Of a DNA stretch of 64,000 nucleotides, positions 11,701-20,431 are shown piece by piece. The stretch is taken from positions 4,776 to 68,775 of the forward strand of contig JBNAVN010000001.1 in assembly GCA_049700315.1 (NCBI GenBank), read 5' to 3'. Below the pieces are notes generated by a model. The model was given only the letters and a program-made list of their open reading frames with translations, was not told the origin of the DNA and did not search any database. Numbering within the stretch: position 1 is the first letter of the stretch; each line of letters opens with the position of its first letter. The translations under genes were made by a program, and so were the position numbers. Source of the DNA: a bacterium (GTDB taxonomy: Bacteria; Hydrothermota; Tepidihabitantia; SM23-42; JAOAFX01).

Positions 11701-11901
11701 GCAATTTATGATGTTTCAGGGAGGTTAGTGAGACAATGGGACTACAAGTCCACCACGCAAAACCGCGGAATAAGACAATCAGACTGCATTGTCTGGGATA
11801 CTAAAGATAATGCCGGTCGCAGGTTATCTGCTGGTGTTTACTTTGTGCGGTTGGAATCCGGAGACTTCAAACAGGTTGAGAAGGCAATCTTGCTCAGATA
11901 A
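8749..11901 (+). CDS. S8 (subtilisin) serine peptidase with MAM-like domain and T9SS C-terminal sorting domain
   Basis: Signal peptide. Catalytic triad motifs HIDTGC (Asp), HGTHTAGS (His), GTSMATPHTAG (Ser). MAM-like FESGMPSGWTW. C-terminal T9SS CTD ending GVYFVRLESGDFKQVEKAILLR. Confidence 0.9.
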   Translation: MKRILIVSLLIWVIPVFALISPDLKNVSARANSSEFIPIDIVFKKQMDNYELTRAVEHLPKPERRAMVAEILRTYSLQNQKPVLEYLARMEKKNKVKNIASIWIVNAIYCEATREVIAELDNNREIFYIDYDLKPIQIEKPEQFPAPADKISKTREIAWGVSKINAPAVWALGYTGQGIVVGHIDTGCNYNHVDLADHLWTDPNYPNHGWNFENGTNDPMDAQGHGTHTAGSVASDGTAGSQCGVAPDAQIMALRVRTVADSIAENQVWQAMQFVVSPPLSPTHGGDLITMSLGWRYVWYPRVASWRTACNNTGAGGVIMIVAAGNERGVDLPPYALRCPGSVPSPWRHPQNGATGALSNVVSIGATDINDAIASFSSNGPVRWDTVTGYNDYPYPPGLTKPDVSAPGVNIKSCAYNNNNGYLDGWNGTSMATPHTAGTVALMLQKNPYLTRAEIDSILQMTAVDLGTAGKDNDFGAGRIDALAAVNATPFPGAPFTPTIIAPFNYARLPSVNPIFKLTTTDPQNDPVKYRIYWSTDTAFTVQDSITTGTYASGSIASYTLSVPLTNGVTYWWRVRAADTTTGGMWSAPTAKRSFTIGLSLPANSCSWFQTTNAQFLSCTFTGTQVQGDSVVLVPVGYVEDTLLFANFESGMPSGWTWVDGNNDGYRWTTGTTSDLGSYTPPNYGTAYAYYSDDDAGNGVINNNEELISPKVGVPPTATNLGIRYGYGFQVYQTGEKLRVKFRKRTGGAWTNWTNIAEYTTSVSGTANIDLTAQLPCDSVQFEWFYSDSTASSHWGWACATDNVIVSYSYTYQNNSGVLYGTPVVYSDLSKTYARPRWGDIIWRKATSGDSIGIQVEYYNGSIWQLVPNSIIPGNSVGKFTTLAVDTVKMNLMTDTVTYNTIRPKALFYRMTKSPNNPALLDWEVGNLTSYVGIADAGSETNPPMLMVSPNPFRNHLQIRYQIPDTRYQTNGAGQGLQEPGVRLAIYDVSGRLVRQWDYKSTTQNRGIRQSDCIVWDTKDNAGRRLSAGVYFVRLESGDFKQVEKAILLR

Positions 11902-11924
11902 GGGAAATTAATTCTGCAACAAAA

Positions 11925-11970
11925 AAGGGTAGAAAGGAATAATGTTTGTTTCTTACTTCTTTCTACCCTT
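11925..11970. terminator. Bidirectional rho-independent terminator between the convergent S8 peptidase and M23 peptidase genes
   Basis: AAGGGTAGAAAG ... CTTTCTACCCTT inverted repeat flanked by A/T runs on both strands. Confidence 0.6.
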
Positions 11971-13164
11971 TTATTCTTTTGCCAATTCTGATCTAACATA
12001 ATCATTTTTCTTCAATTTATCTGCACCCGGGATCCAGCATCTTGGATCTGTAGGTATTCTATTCACCATAATTTGAAAATGCAAATTTGAACCCGTGCAC
12101 ATTCCGGTCTTACCCATTTCACCAATAACCTGCCCTTTCACAACTGTATCTCCTTCAGCAACATCTATTTTATTCAAATGGATATAAACAGTATGAATTC
12201 CCTGGCCATGGGCAATGACGACACTATTTCCATGTCCTTCAAGTTCTTTAGCCATTACTACAATCCCATTGTTGGCTGCAACAACCTCTGTCCCAATTGC
12301 ATTGGCAATATCAATTGCTTTATGCGACCACTTATCCAAACCATTATTATAGCGCCTTGCCATTCCATACATTGATGTGATTGAACCTGCACAGGGCCAG
12401 GTAAAATTACCGTCACATAAAAGGGTATCAAAAGATTTGCTATAGGCTTTGGCAAAATACTTCCAACCTTCAAATTTCATCATTTCCAGGGTTTCTTCAG
12501 TAAGGATATGGATATCAAGTTCTGCTGTATCCTGCTCTGCAAAATCACCGGGTATTACCCTGAACGGCACTTTCAAACTTTTTTTTATATCATTTTCTTC
12601 ATATTTCAAAGTCATAAAATACCTGCCTGTATCTGCATCCATTGGAACTGCAAGAACTGTACGGTAAATGTTTTTTCCTGCCGGATACAGTTTATAAGTC
12701 TTATACAAAAATCTTATTTCAGGCTTAATAATAGGTAGAACCGTAGTTACATTCAGCGTTGCAATTTCTCCCTGCTTGTATATTTTCTTGTCAAGGGCAA
12801 TATGTTGAAACAGTCCATTAATAAGAGTATCTGAAGTCATCAATCTGGAAGAAATCTTATCATTGATACTTGCCTTTCTGTCTCCTATTGCCTTTACGGG
12901 CATTAAATTTTCTTCTGGCAAAGGCTGATTTTGAATATTAAAATGAATAATAGAAGGATCAGCAAGTTGCGGAAACAGACCGGGCGCAAGATCAATCATT
13001 TTATCAATCGGTGTTATTCTTCTTTGTAAATCAATTGCCTTATTAAAGAAATTCAATTTTGTAGTATCCTTATTACTAATATCACCTATTTCTTCTCCTG
13101 CGCAATATTGAAAACTTGGGAAACACAATACAATCATTATAAGAAATCCATGAAATATTTTCAT
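11971..13164 (-). CDS. M23 family metallopeptidase (LytM/lysostaphin-type) with signal peptide
   Basis: C-terminal HxxxD...HxH motifs: HGNSVVIAHGQGIHTVYIHL, GKTGMCTGSNLHFQI. Confidence 0.85.
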   Translation of the reverse strand: MKIFHGFLIMIVLCFPSFQYCAGEEIGDISNKDTTKLNFFNKAIDLQRRITPIDKMIDLAPGLFPQLADPSIIHFNIQNQPLPEENLMPVKAIGDRKASINDKISSRLMTSDTLINGLFQHIALDKKIYKQGEIATLNVTTVLPIIKPEIRFLYKTYKLYPAGKNIYRTVLAVPMDADTGRYFMTLKYEENDIKKSLKVPFRVIPGDFAEQDTAELDIHILTEETLEMMKFEGWKYFAKAYSKSFDTLLCDGNFTWPCAGSITSMYGMARRYNNGLDKWSHKAIDIANAIGTEVVAANNGIVVMAKELEGHGNSVVIAHGQGIHTVYIHLNKIDVAEGDTVVKGQVIGEMGKTGMCTGSNLHFQIMVNRIPTDPRCWIPGADKLKKNDYVRSELAKE

Positions 13165-13217
13165 TTTACACGTAATTTTACCCGGAAATTCGTAGAAGTC
13201 AAGAGGTATTTTTCTAT

Positions 13218-14018
13218 CTATTCCCTTTTAACATCCTTTGCACAACGAAATCCATAATATCGGTCCTGGACAAATGGCTTTAATCCCATTCTTGAAGAGC
13301 ATTTTAAATGTCTTGGATTGATGCTCAACCAGGAGCCTCCCTTTAAGACCCTTACATATCCTGAATCCGGACCAGTTGGATTTTTTTCCGGACTTACTTT
13401 AAAAAAGGTAGTATCATAAAAATCAGCACACCATTCCCAGACATTGCCTGCCATATCATACAAGCCAAAATTGTTGGGTGAGAATCTGCCCACTGGTGCT
13501 GTATATCTGAAACCATCTGCCTCAAAGTTACCTTCGGGTGCATAGTTACATTTTCTCAATGGCGATTCATTACCCCAGGGATATTCTTTCTCAACAAGCC
13601 CGCCTCTTGCCGCGTATTCCCATTCTGCCTCAGTAGGTAGTCTTTTACCTGCCCATTTAGCATAGCATAACGCATCAAAAAAACTAACACCAACAACTGG
13701 TTGATTGGGATTATTCAAACAAGAGTCTTTGATAAATGCAGGTTTTGGATGACCTGTTGCTTTTACAAATTCAAGATACTGACGGTTTGTTACTTCATAT
13801 TTATCAAGATAGAAAGTATCTATCCAGATTCTATGCTTTGGACCTTCACCAGTTGAATCAGAACCCATTGTGAAATATCCCCCCGGGATCAATACCATAC
13901 CTGATGGTGGGGGCATTATTTTTTTTACCACCTTATCCTCAGTCTTTGTCTTATTACTACACAGAATAATCAGCAAGACAGCAAAAAATACGCAAGAAAA
14001 TCTGGTTAAAGGCTTCAT
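13218..14018 (-). CDS. Formylglycine-generating enzyme (SUMF1/FGE) family protein, membrane-anchored
   Basis: FGE-sulfatase domain motifs (DKYEVTNRQYLEFV, RGGSW). N-terminal TM/signal. Likely start at MKPLTRF. The ORF track extends to 14054. Confidence 0.75.
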   Translation of the reverse strand: MKPLTRFSCVFFAVLLIILCSNKTKTEDKVVKKIMPPPSGMVLIPGGYFTMGSDSTGEGPKHRIWIDTFYLDKYEVTNRQYLEFVKATGHPKPAFIKDSCLNNPNQPVVGVSFFDALCYAKWAGKRLPTEAEWEYAARGGLVEKEYPWGNESPLRKCNYAPEGNFEADGFRYTAPVGRFSPNNFGLYDMAGNVWEWCADFYDTTFFKVSPEKNPTGPDSGYVRVLKGGSWLSINPRHLKCSSRMGLKPFVQDRYYGFRCAKDVKRE

Positions 14019-14116
14019 TGTAAAACATAATATCCAGATTAAACAACAAGTCAAGAACCCATATCATTGAGAAATCTTCTTGACATTTTTAAGATTTTGT
14101 ATATGATTTTTCTACG

Positions 14117-14503
14117 ATGTACAAAGATCCGGTTTTTGATAGAATGCTTCAAAAAGACCCGCGCTACAGGCTAGAGGCATACATATTTGTTCTGGAGGCA
14201 TTGCACTATGCGCGGGGGAAATTCAATGTTGAAAAGCATGTGACTGGTAAACAACTTCTTGAAGGCATCAAAGAATTGGCAATAAAAAAATATGGGACAA
14301 TGGCAAAGATGGTTTTTGAACACTGGGGTGTCAAGAAAACGGTTGATTTTGGTAATATTGTCTTCAACATGGTTCAGGAGCATGTTCTAAGCAAAACCGA
14401 AGAAGACAAACTTGAGGATTTCAATGAAGTTTATGATTTTGAAGAAGTCTTTGTAAAAAATTATGAATTTGACTTCAATAACGAAAATAGAAATTTGATC
14501 TGA
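14117..14503 (+). CDS. Hypothetical protein (128 aa, acidic C-terminus)
   Basis: Intact ORF with coding-like composition. No recognised motif. Confidence 0.5.
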   Translation: MYKDPVFDRMLQKDPRYRLEAYIFVLEALHYARGKFNVEKHVTGKQLLEGIKELAIKKYGTMAKMVFEHWGVKKTVDFGNIVFNMVQEHVLSKTEEDKLEDFNEVYDFEEVFVKNYEFDFNNENRNLI

Positions 14504-14593
14504 GTTTATCTACCACCTGACCTTTTGAGTAATGGAACTCAACGTATGTACTTGACATTCTGAATATCCTAAATATAATATTATGTCATAGAA

Positions 14594-15235
14594 ATGGAAA
14601 ACTATTATAGTATACTTGGAGTAAGTAGCACTGCCACTATGGCGGAAATAAAGATGGCATATATGAAACTCGCCCGCCAGTACCATCCAGATAAATTTAC
14701 AGATGGAGAAGAGAAACAAAAGGCAAATGAGCATTTTGCCAAGATAACTGCTGCATACCGCGTGCTTTCGGATGAAAAACTAAGGGCTGAATATGACAAC
14801 TCACTTGAAAAAGGAATTAAACCAAAGGATCAGGTCCAGGAGACACAAGCCAAGAATGCCTTTACAAGGGCACTTGAATTCTTAAAGCACAACGACCCCT
14901 GGCGTGCAGTAAATCTTCTACGCATTGCCTGTCGTTATGACCCCCAACCACTTTATCTATCATACTTAGGACTTGCCCTTGTGTACACAAGGCAGTATCA
15001 GAAAGAAGGATTTGAAAGACTCCAGGGTGCAATAAAGCAATTGATGTTCAATCCTGTTGTTTATGTTAATTTAGGACTTGCCTATGAGTATGTTGGTAAC
15101 AAGGAACAGGCATTAAAGTATTTTTATGAAGCATTGAATTGGGATGGCAAAAATCATGCGGCAAGAAAAGGCATTGAACGATTAGAACCAAAGAAAACCA
15201 ACTTCTTCTCAAAATTTTTTGGAGGTGGTAAATGA
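14594..15235 (+). CDS. J-domain (DnaJ-like) protein with TPR repeats
   Basis: YYSILGVSSTATMAEIKMAYMKLARQYHPDK J-domain with HPD tripeptide. TPR-like C-terminal half. Confidence 0.85.
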   Translation: MENYYSILGVSSTATMAEIKMAYMKLARQYHPDKFTDGEEKQKANEHFAKITAAYRVLSDEKLRAEYDNSLEKGIKPKDQVQETQAKNAFTRALEFLKHNDPWRAVNLLRIACRYDPQPLYLSYLGLALVYTRQYQKEGFERLQGAIKQLMFNPVVYVNLGLAYEYVGNKEQALKYFYEALNWDGKNHAARKGIERLEPKKTNFFSKFFGGGK

Positions 15236-15474
15236 AGAAAACCACTTTAATTGAAATGCTTGAAGAACTCTGCCAGAAGCTTTCTATTATAGTAAAATAT
15301 GATCGATTCTTTGGCAAGGGTGGATTCTGTCGTCTCAAACAAAAGTCTTTTTTTATTATCAATGAGAGTCTATCCAATGCGACCAAAGAAGATATTTTTA
15401 TTCGTGAACTGAAACAGCTGAGTTTTGATCCCGATTTATTACCGCCTAAATTAAAAGAAGTTATTAAACAATGA
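15232..15474 (+). CDS. Hypothetical protein (80 aa)
   Basis: ATGA overlap with the upstream J-domain gene. Overlaps the downstream ORF. Confidence 0.4.
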   Translation: MKKTTLIEMLEELCQKLSIIVKYDRFFGKGGFCRLKQKSFFIINESLSNATKEDIFIRELKQLSFDPDLLPPKLKEVIKQ

Positions 15475-15692
15475 ATCTCGCCATATTTTTCATCTTTCTG
15501 GCTATTTTTTTCTGGCTTGCCAATTTCAGGATTCTATCCTGGTCAAGAGACTGGCCCATAATTCTGATCTTCTTTGGTATTATCAATATTCTAATTTTCC
15601 CTAAATATTCCAAGAAAAGAGTAATTGAGGACTTAGAAAAGGGCAAGATCACACCCGAAGAGGCATTGAAAAGATTGGAAAAATTGAGTTAG
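15471..15692 (+). CDS. Small membrane protein (73 aa, two TM helices)
   Basis: Hydrophobic N-terminal two-thirds. Charged C-terminal tail. Confidence 0.4.
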   Translation: MNLAIFFIFLAIFFWLANFRILSWSRDWPIILIFFGIINILIFPKYSKKRVIEDLEKGKITPEEALKRLEKLS

Positions 15693-15715
15693 CAAATCCT
15701 TCAAAATCATTTACC

Positions 15716-16807
15716 ATTCCTCCCAGGTCCACGGTCTTTGTCTGTGCCTGTGAACCATCAGGTGATTTATACGCAAGCTTTTTTGTTAAACATCAACTGA
15801 ATGAGAAAAACTGTATAATTTCTGGTGTGGGAGGACCAAATCTGAAAAAAGCAGGTATTGAACTAATCTTTGATTATGAAAATCTCACAACCCTCGGCTT
15901 TGCATCAGCAATTTCTTCATCTCTCAGAAATTATGAAATGTATAGAAAAGTCTGCAGGAAAATCTACACAATAAAACCTGAGATATTTGTTGCGGTTGCC
16001 TATCCTGGACTCAATCTATTGCTAAGTCGTTATGCAAAAAAATTGGGTGCCAGAGTAATATATCTACTTCCTCCCCAGATATGGGCTTGGGGTACTATCA
16101 GAAAGTATTTCATCAAGAAATGGACGAACCTGGTTATTTCAGTTTTTCCATTTGAATATCAATTCTACAATCATTATGGCATCAAGACTGCATACTGGCA
16201 CAACCCACTATTTGAAGAATTGAAAAAGTACAAAAGGATTGATTTTGATAAGAGAATAGGGCTTATGCCGGGTTCAAGGTTAAGTGAAATCAAGAAAAAC
16301 CTGCCCGTAATAATGGAGGTCATCAAGAGATTGAAGGAAAATGCCAAACATCGTTCTATGGATATTAAATTCTGTCTTATTCTGCATTCAGAAAAGACCA
16401 TTGGAATTTCAGATTTTACGAGGTCATTTCAGGATATTGATCTCAGGCTGATAACAAGAGACCGGTATCATCATATGGTCAATTGCGACCTGATAATCAC
16501 CTGTTCAGGAACCGCATCATTAGAAGCAGGAATAATGAACATTCCCCAGATCTTTTTCAATAGACCCGGGTTTGTTGATTACTATTTCTTCCGACGTTTT
16601 CTCAGAATTAAGGAATATAATCTAACGAATCTATATTTCGGAGAAACAATTGTCCCCTCCTTTGTGATGCGTAATAACAAAAGACTTATAGAAAAGGTGG
16701 TTGAAACAATAATTAAATACTTTGAGAATCCAGATTATTTACACAAGAGATATGCAGGGATGCAGCAATTCAGACAACCCAAAATAAGCAATGAGCGTTC
16801 AATTTAA
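15716..16807 (+). CDS. lpxB: Lipid-A-disaccharide synthase LpxB
   Basis: Conserved LpxB N-terminus TVFVCACEPSGDLYASFFVKHQL in frame upstream of the listed GTG (15827). QIWAWG motif. The listed ORF is N-terminally truncated. No ATG/GTG/TTG between the upstream stop (15626-15628) and the GEPSGD motif, so the 5' end is uncertain. Confidence 0.8.
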   Translation: MPPRSTVFVCACEPSGDLYASFFVKHQLNEKNCIISGVGGPNLKKAGIELIFDYENLTTLGFASAISSSLRNYEMYRKVCRKIYTIKPEIFVAVAYPGLNLLLSRYAKKLGARVIYLLPPQIWAWGTIRKYFIKKWTNLVISVFPFEYQFYNHYGIKTAYWHNPLFEELKKYKRIDFDKRIGLMPGSRLSEIKKNLPVIMEVIKRLKENAKHRSMDIKFCLILHSEKTIGISDFTRSFQDIDLRLITRDRYHHMVNCDLIITCSGTASLEAGIMNIPQIFFNRPGFVDYYFFRRFLRIKEYNLTNLYFGETIVPSFVMRNNKRLIEKVVETIIKYFENPDYLHKRYAGMQQFRQPKISNERSI

Positions 16808-16847
16808 TAAGGAGTTGACTTAAGGAGTTTTTCTTATATAATTAAGT

Positions 16848-17696
16848 ATGGAGATTGAAAATCTTGTTACCAGCCATACCGGTATTGGTGAACAACTGAT
16901 TTCCAGTCTTATTAAACGTGGAGAGACCATATATACTGTTTTCCCCTCACCCAAAGAAGTTCCGATGTCCTTCTTGGGCAAGATAAACTTGAAATATGGT
17001 TTTGTTAAATTTGACCAGGAACTCAATATTGAAAAAGGATTACCAAGAAAAGTAAAAAATATATTCCATATTTTTGAAAGTTATTCTGGTTCATTTACAA
17101 AAATCTTTATGACAAATGTGACAACAACCTTATTATTATTGGAATGGGCAAAAAAGATCGGTGCGAGCAAATTTGTTTTGTTATCTTCGGGTGAAGTGTA
17201 TGGCTACGGAGACAATGTCATTGAGAATGCACCATATAATCCCCGAAGTTTTTATGCTACAACCAAATTTCACGCAGAGACCCTTTGCCGCTATTATAAT
17301 AGAATTTTTGAGATTAAGATTCTAAGGGTATTTTTTCCGTATGGTAGAAACCTTCCACAGGGTTATATCCACAATCTTTTTGAAACAATCAAATCCAGTG
17401 GCATCATTGAAACTGATTATGCCTCAATCTGCCCTACATTTGTTGATGATATTACTGAACCAATGATTAATCTGCGTGATCTGCCGGGAAATGCAACCTA
17501 TAATATCTGTGGTCCCGCAATTCTTCTGACACAATTAATCAAAGATATTGAGTCCGTTACTGGCAAGACGCCAAAAAAGGTGAGCACAGGAAAGATCACA
17601 CTTTGCGGTAATTGCACAAAGGCAAAAGAAGAACTGGGTTACAGGGAAACACCCCTGAGAAACGGACTTCAGACCCTCATAGATCAAACAAAATGA
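16848..17696 (+). CDS. NAD-dependent epimerase/dehydratase family protein (divergent)
   Basis: 282 aa with an extended-SDR catalytic region (LLSSGEVYG). The stop overlaps the next start (ATGA). Confidence 0.6.
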   Translation: MEIENLVTSHTGIGEQLISSLIKRGETIYTVFPSPKEVPMSFLGKINLKYGFVKFDQELNIEKGLPRKVKNIFHIFESYSGSFTKIFMTNVTTTLLLLEWAKKIGASKFVLLSSGEVYGYGDNVIENAPYNPRSFYATTKFHAETLCRYYNRIFEIKILRVFFPYGRNLPQGYIHNLFETIKSSGIIETDYASICPTFVDDITEPMINLRDLPGNATYNICGPAILLTQLIKDIESVTGKTPKKVSTGKITLCGNCTKAKEELGYRETPLRNGLQTLIDQTK

Positions 17697-19105
17697 TTGA
17701 TATCCTCCTGGTAAATCCTGCAGAAAAAGGCGGCTTTTTTGAAAAGATGCCACCCCTGGGCTTGGCTTCACTTGCAAGTTTTCTTGAGGAAAACGGACTT
17801 TCCGTGAAGATTATTGACTTTGAGATAGAAAAAAAGCCATTGGAACACTGGCTTTCCTTTTACCAACCCAAATTCCTCGGTATTTCAGGTACAACCCATA
17901 CACGCTTTGAATCATTCAAGTTGGCACGCCAGGCAAAAACATTTAATAAAGAGATGGTGACAATATACGGAGGCATTAATGCTACATTTACCGCAAACGA
18001 AACATTGCGCAATATACCAGAAATAGATTTTGTAGTCAGAGGTGAGGGTGAAGAAGTGCTGCTTGAATTGTTAAAAACATTTAATACCGACCAGAAATTT
18101 GAAAAGATCCGAGGATTAAGTTTCAGAATGAATGATACAATTATTAATAACCCTCCAGGTAGCCGATTGCATCTTGATTCCCTACCACAACCTGCTTATC
18201 ACCTTCTGGAAATGAAGAAATATGAAATGAAGATGGAATTTGTTAAGAAAAAAGGAATTTCAGTTATCACCTCACGCGGCTGCCTGTATCGGTGTTCTTT
18301 TTGCTCAGCAAGCAGAATGTTTAATAACCTGTTGACTGTCCGTTCAGCAAAAAATATCGTTGATGAAATCGAAAAATTGTTAGAACAGTATCATTTTCAG
18401 GCGATAAAATTTTTTGACAGCGCCCTGACGCTTGACCGAGAGCACATTGAGACTTTGTGTGATGAAATTATTGCCCGCAATTTGCACTTTCCCTGGGAAT
18501 GTGAGGTCAGGGTCGGCACTGCAGATGAGCCATTGCTTGAAAAAATGCGCCGGGCGGGTTGTTATTATGTTGATATCGGAATTGAATCAGCAAGTCAAAA
18601 AGTTCTTGATCTGATGCGCAAGGGCATTACCGTTGAACAGTCTCAAAAATTGCTTGAAATCTGCCACCAGTTAGGATTCAAAGTGAAGGCATTTTTTTCA
18701 TTTGGCCATATCAGCGAGACAATGGCTGATGTTGAAAAAACATTTGAATTTATTGAGAAAAATCGGTCAATAATTACGACTGTAGCAAGTGGCGCAGGCA
18801 TTAGAATCTATCCTGGCACCTATCTTGAAGATTATGCAAGAAAGAACAACCTATTACCACCAGATTTTCAATGGTCAAACCCTTATGAAGAACCACGCAA
18901 TGAGTTAATAATGCAGGCAAAGGAAATTCCTGTTCTTATCCAGCCACAATTGGGTTATGATGAACTGGAGGCAATCGCACTGCGCATCTATTCAAATCGT
19001 TTTAGTGGTTGGGAAGGATTTAAAAGAGGTATCACAAAAATCACCAATCCGGAAAAAATCAAAAAACTCTCTCAACTTTTGAAACTAAGAATAAAACACG
19101 GTTGA
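17693..19105 (+). CDS. B12-binding-domain radical SAM protein
   Basis: Start MIDILLVNPAE at 17693 (ATGA overlap). B12-binding-like N-terminus (PPLGLASLASFLEENGL). CxxxCxxC in SRGCLYRCSFCSAS. The upstream extension in the ORF track is spurious. Confidence 0.85.
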   Translation: MIDILLVNPAEKGGFFEKMPPLGLASLASFLEENGLSVKIIDFEIEKKPLEHWLSFYQPKFLGISGTTHTRFESFKLARQAKTFNKEMVTIYGGINATFTANETLRNIPEIDFVVRGEGEEVLLELLKTFNTDQKFEKIRGLSFRMNDTIINNPPGSRLHLDSLPQPAYHLLEMKKYEMKMEFVKKKGISVITSRGCLYRCSFCSASRMFNNLLTVRSAKNIVDEIEKLLEQYHFQAIKFFDSALTLDREHIETLCDEIIARNLHFPWECEVRVGTADEPLLEKMRRAGCYYVDIGIESASQKVLDLMRKGITVEQSQKLLEICHQLGFKVKAFFSFGHISETMADVEKTFEFIEKNRSIITTVASGAGIRIYPGTYLEDYARKNNLLPPDFQWSNPYEEPRNELIMQAKEIPVLIQPQLGYDELEAIALRIYSNRFSGWEGFKRGITKITNPEKIKKLSQLLKLRIKHG

Positions 19106-19162
19106 GAAACTTCAGTTTAAGCCTATGTTAGAACCTACACTTGTACGCAAGTCAAACAATAT

Positions 19163-20227
19163 ATGAGAATTCTCCATCTGACTTTTGAAAACTTCCAGGA
19201 TGTTGCAGGACTTTTAAGCAGGTATCACAGGATATTTGACGATGAGAGTGTGCTTGTTACAATGACACACTCAAAACTCGGATTTCCTGATGGCATTCTG
19301 TTGAATTATCCACTTCTGAATTCAGACTCCCTGAATCTATTTCGCAAGATTTTCAACAGAAGCAATGTCAATGTTCTTCCCTCTGAATTAGGATTGAAAA
19401 TCAAAGGACAAGATTTTCTGGAAAAAATTTTCTTCAGGTCACGAGACCTGCTCTGGCTATACAGACTGCGTAAATTCTGGGACCGGTATGACTTTGGTTC
19501 TTTTGATATCTATCATTTTGATGGTGGCATACCTTTTATTTATGGCGATAGAATCTTAAAAAAAATAAAGAACAAGCATATTGTTGCCCATTTTTTTGGC
19601 AGTGACCTGCGCAAATGGGGACTTAATCCCTATTTGAAAGAATATACCCAATTGCAATTCACCTCTGAGGTGGATCATACAAAAATAGATCCTTCATTGA
19701 TATTCGTCCCAATTCCTTTTGAAGCAGAAAAAATAAAACCTCGGAACGCAGAAAACAAAATTCTAAAGGTCGGTCATTCACCAACCAGACGCGCTGCAAA
19801 AGGAACCGAAGAAATAGTTACAATTGTAGAAAAATTAAAGAAGAAAATTAGATTTGAATTTTTGTTGATAGAAGGTGTTTCACACAAAGAATGTATGGAA
19901 CTAAAGGCAACCTGCGACATTGGAATTGACCAGATTGGCAATTATGCAGGCACTGCATACGGTAGAAGTGGACTTGAATTTCTTGGTTTGGGTATACCGA
20001 CGATCACCGAGATACCAGAAGAATATGAATATCTACTGCCAGCACATCCTTTTGTCAACGCAAATAAACAAACTCTTGAAGAAGTCTTGTATTCTCTTCT
20101 AACTAACCCTGACCTGCGCAACAAGAAACGAAACCAGGGCATAAAATGGGTCAGGGAATTTCCTAATCCCAGAAGGGTGATGGGACTGATCTATAATGAA
20201 TACAGAAAACTGGGCTGGATAAAGTAA
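19163..20227 (+). CDS. Putative GT-B fold glycosyltransferase
   Basis: The C-terminal half resembles the GT1 nucleotide-sugar-binding domain (KVGHSPTRRAAKGTEE ... GRSGLEFLGLGIPTI). Confidence 0.5.
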   Translation: MRILHLTFENFQDVAGLLSRYHRIFDDESVLVTMTHSKLGFPDGILLNYPLLNSDSLNLFRKIFNRSNVNVLPSELGLKIKGQDFLEKIFFRSRDLLWLYRLRKFWDRYDFGSFDIYHFDGGIPFIYGDRILKKIKNKHIVAHFFGSDLRKWGLNPYLKEYTQLQFTSEVDHTKIDPSLIFVPIPFEAEKIKPRNAENKILKVGHSPTRRAAKGTEEIVTIVEKLKKKIRFEFLLIEGVSHKECMELKATCDIGIDQIGNYAGTAYGRSGLEFLGLGIPTITEIPEEYEYLLPAHPFVNANKQTLEEVLYSLLTNPDLRNKKRNQGIKWVREFPNPRRVMGLIYNEYRKLGWIK

Positions 20228-20345
20228 TATTATCACGATAATTGACAATTTGGATTGTTTATATATAATAGCAATATTGTAGACTATTGTCGCTACCCTC
20301 ACCTTAATCCTCTTCCATCAATGGAGAGGAAAGACGAGGTATTAC

Positions 20346-20431
20346 GCCGAGATGGCGGAACTGGGAGACGCGGCGGACTCAAAATCCGCAGTGCTGAAAG
20401 GCGCGTGGGGGTTCGACTCCCCCTCTCGGCA
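20346..20431 (+). tRNA. tRNA-Leu (anticodon CAA), type II with long variable arm
   Basis: Acceptor GCCGAGA / TCTCGGC plus discriminator A. Anticodon stem GCGGA/TCCGC with loop CUCAAAA. T-arm GGGGG-TTCGACT-CCCCC. 86 nt, CCA not encoded. Confidence 0.9.
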
